From positions 1 to 31,692 of the forward strand of contig NC_017181.1 of assembly GCF_000175255.2 (NCBI RefSeq): DNA of 31,692 nucleotides. The letters are read 5' to 3'. Shown piece by piece: positions 31,583-31,692 of the stretch. The notes under the pieces are model-generated. The model saw only the letters and a list, made by a program, of their open reading frames with translations, had not been told where the DNA came from and made no database searches. The position numbers were made by a program, and so were the translations under genes. The stretch is from Zymomonas mobilis subsp. mobilis ATCC 10988 (GTDB lineage: Bacteria; Pseudomonadota; Alphaproteobacteria; Sphingomonadales; Sphingomonadaceae). Position 1 is the first letter of the stretch. Every line of letters starts with the position of its first letter.

Positions 31583-31692
31583 TTTGCTACCCGTATAAGA
31601 CCAATACCCTTATTGGGCAGATAAGATTACTTTTAAGATATTAGAGGATCTTTGTTTAAAATAATGATATAATTTAGATATTTATCAGATAA

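Overview
AT-rich, plasmid-like 31.7-kb window, possibly a complete small replicon. The host cannot be determined from sequence alone, but a GapR/DUF2312-like gene hints at an alphaproteobacterium. There are three blocks. (1) Maintenance backbone, 1-11.1 kb: a parA plus small RHH partner operon, an SDR oxidoreductase, yafQ-dinJ plus a frameshifted orphan dinJ, three tandem paralogous HTH genes, an AT-rich repeat-bearing intergenic region, a GapR-like gene, and a winged-helix Rep with a Ser/Pro-rich N-terminus. (2) Iron/siderophore-type uptake: an AraC regulator (49-930), TonB-dependent receptor 1 (3007-5247), and a minus-strand operon at 21.8-31.6 kb. That operon encodes TonB-dependent receptor 2 preceded by a 16/19 Fur-box match, two fused YbtPQ-like ABC half-transporters, an ABC-2 ATPase, and a 1038-aa permease fused to an M1-peptidase-like domain that has no HExxH motif. 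(3) Accessory island, about 11.1-20.2 kb. It holds a TIR / P-loop STAND NTPase / TPR protein whose Walker A reads GSGRRT, and a 905-aa protein fusing an HD-type phosphohydrolase-like region to a GHKL (Bergerat-fold) ATPase and an unassigned ~400-aa C-terminal region. It also holds about 1 kb and 1.5 kb of ORF-free DNA, two homologous non-coding modules with module-specific heptamer repeats, a decayed second parA/parG locus and a dead IS5-family element. The HD-GHKL gene, alone or with the neighbouring TIR-STAND gene, is my best candidate for an undescribed defence-type system. All family calls are by-eye motif recognition; no database search was possible.
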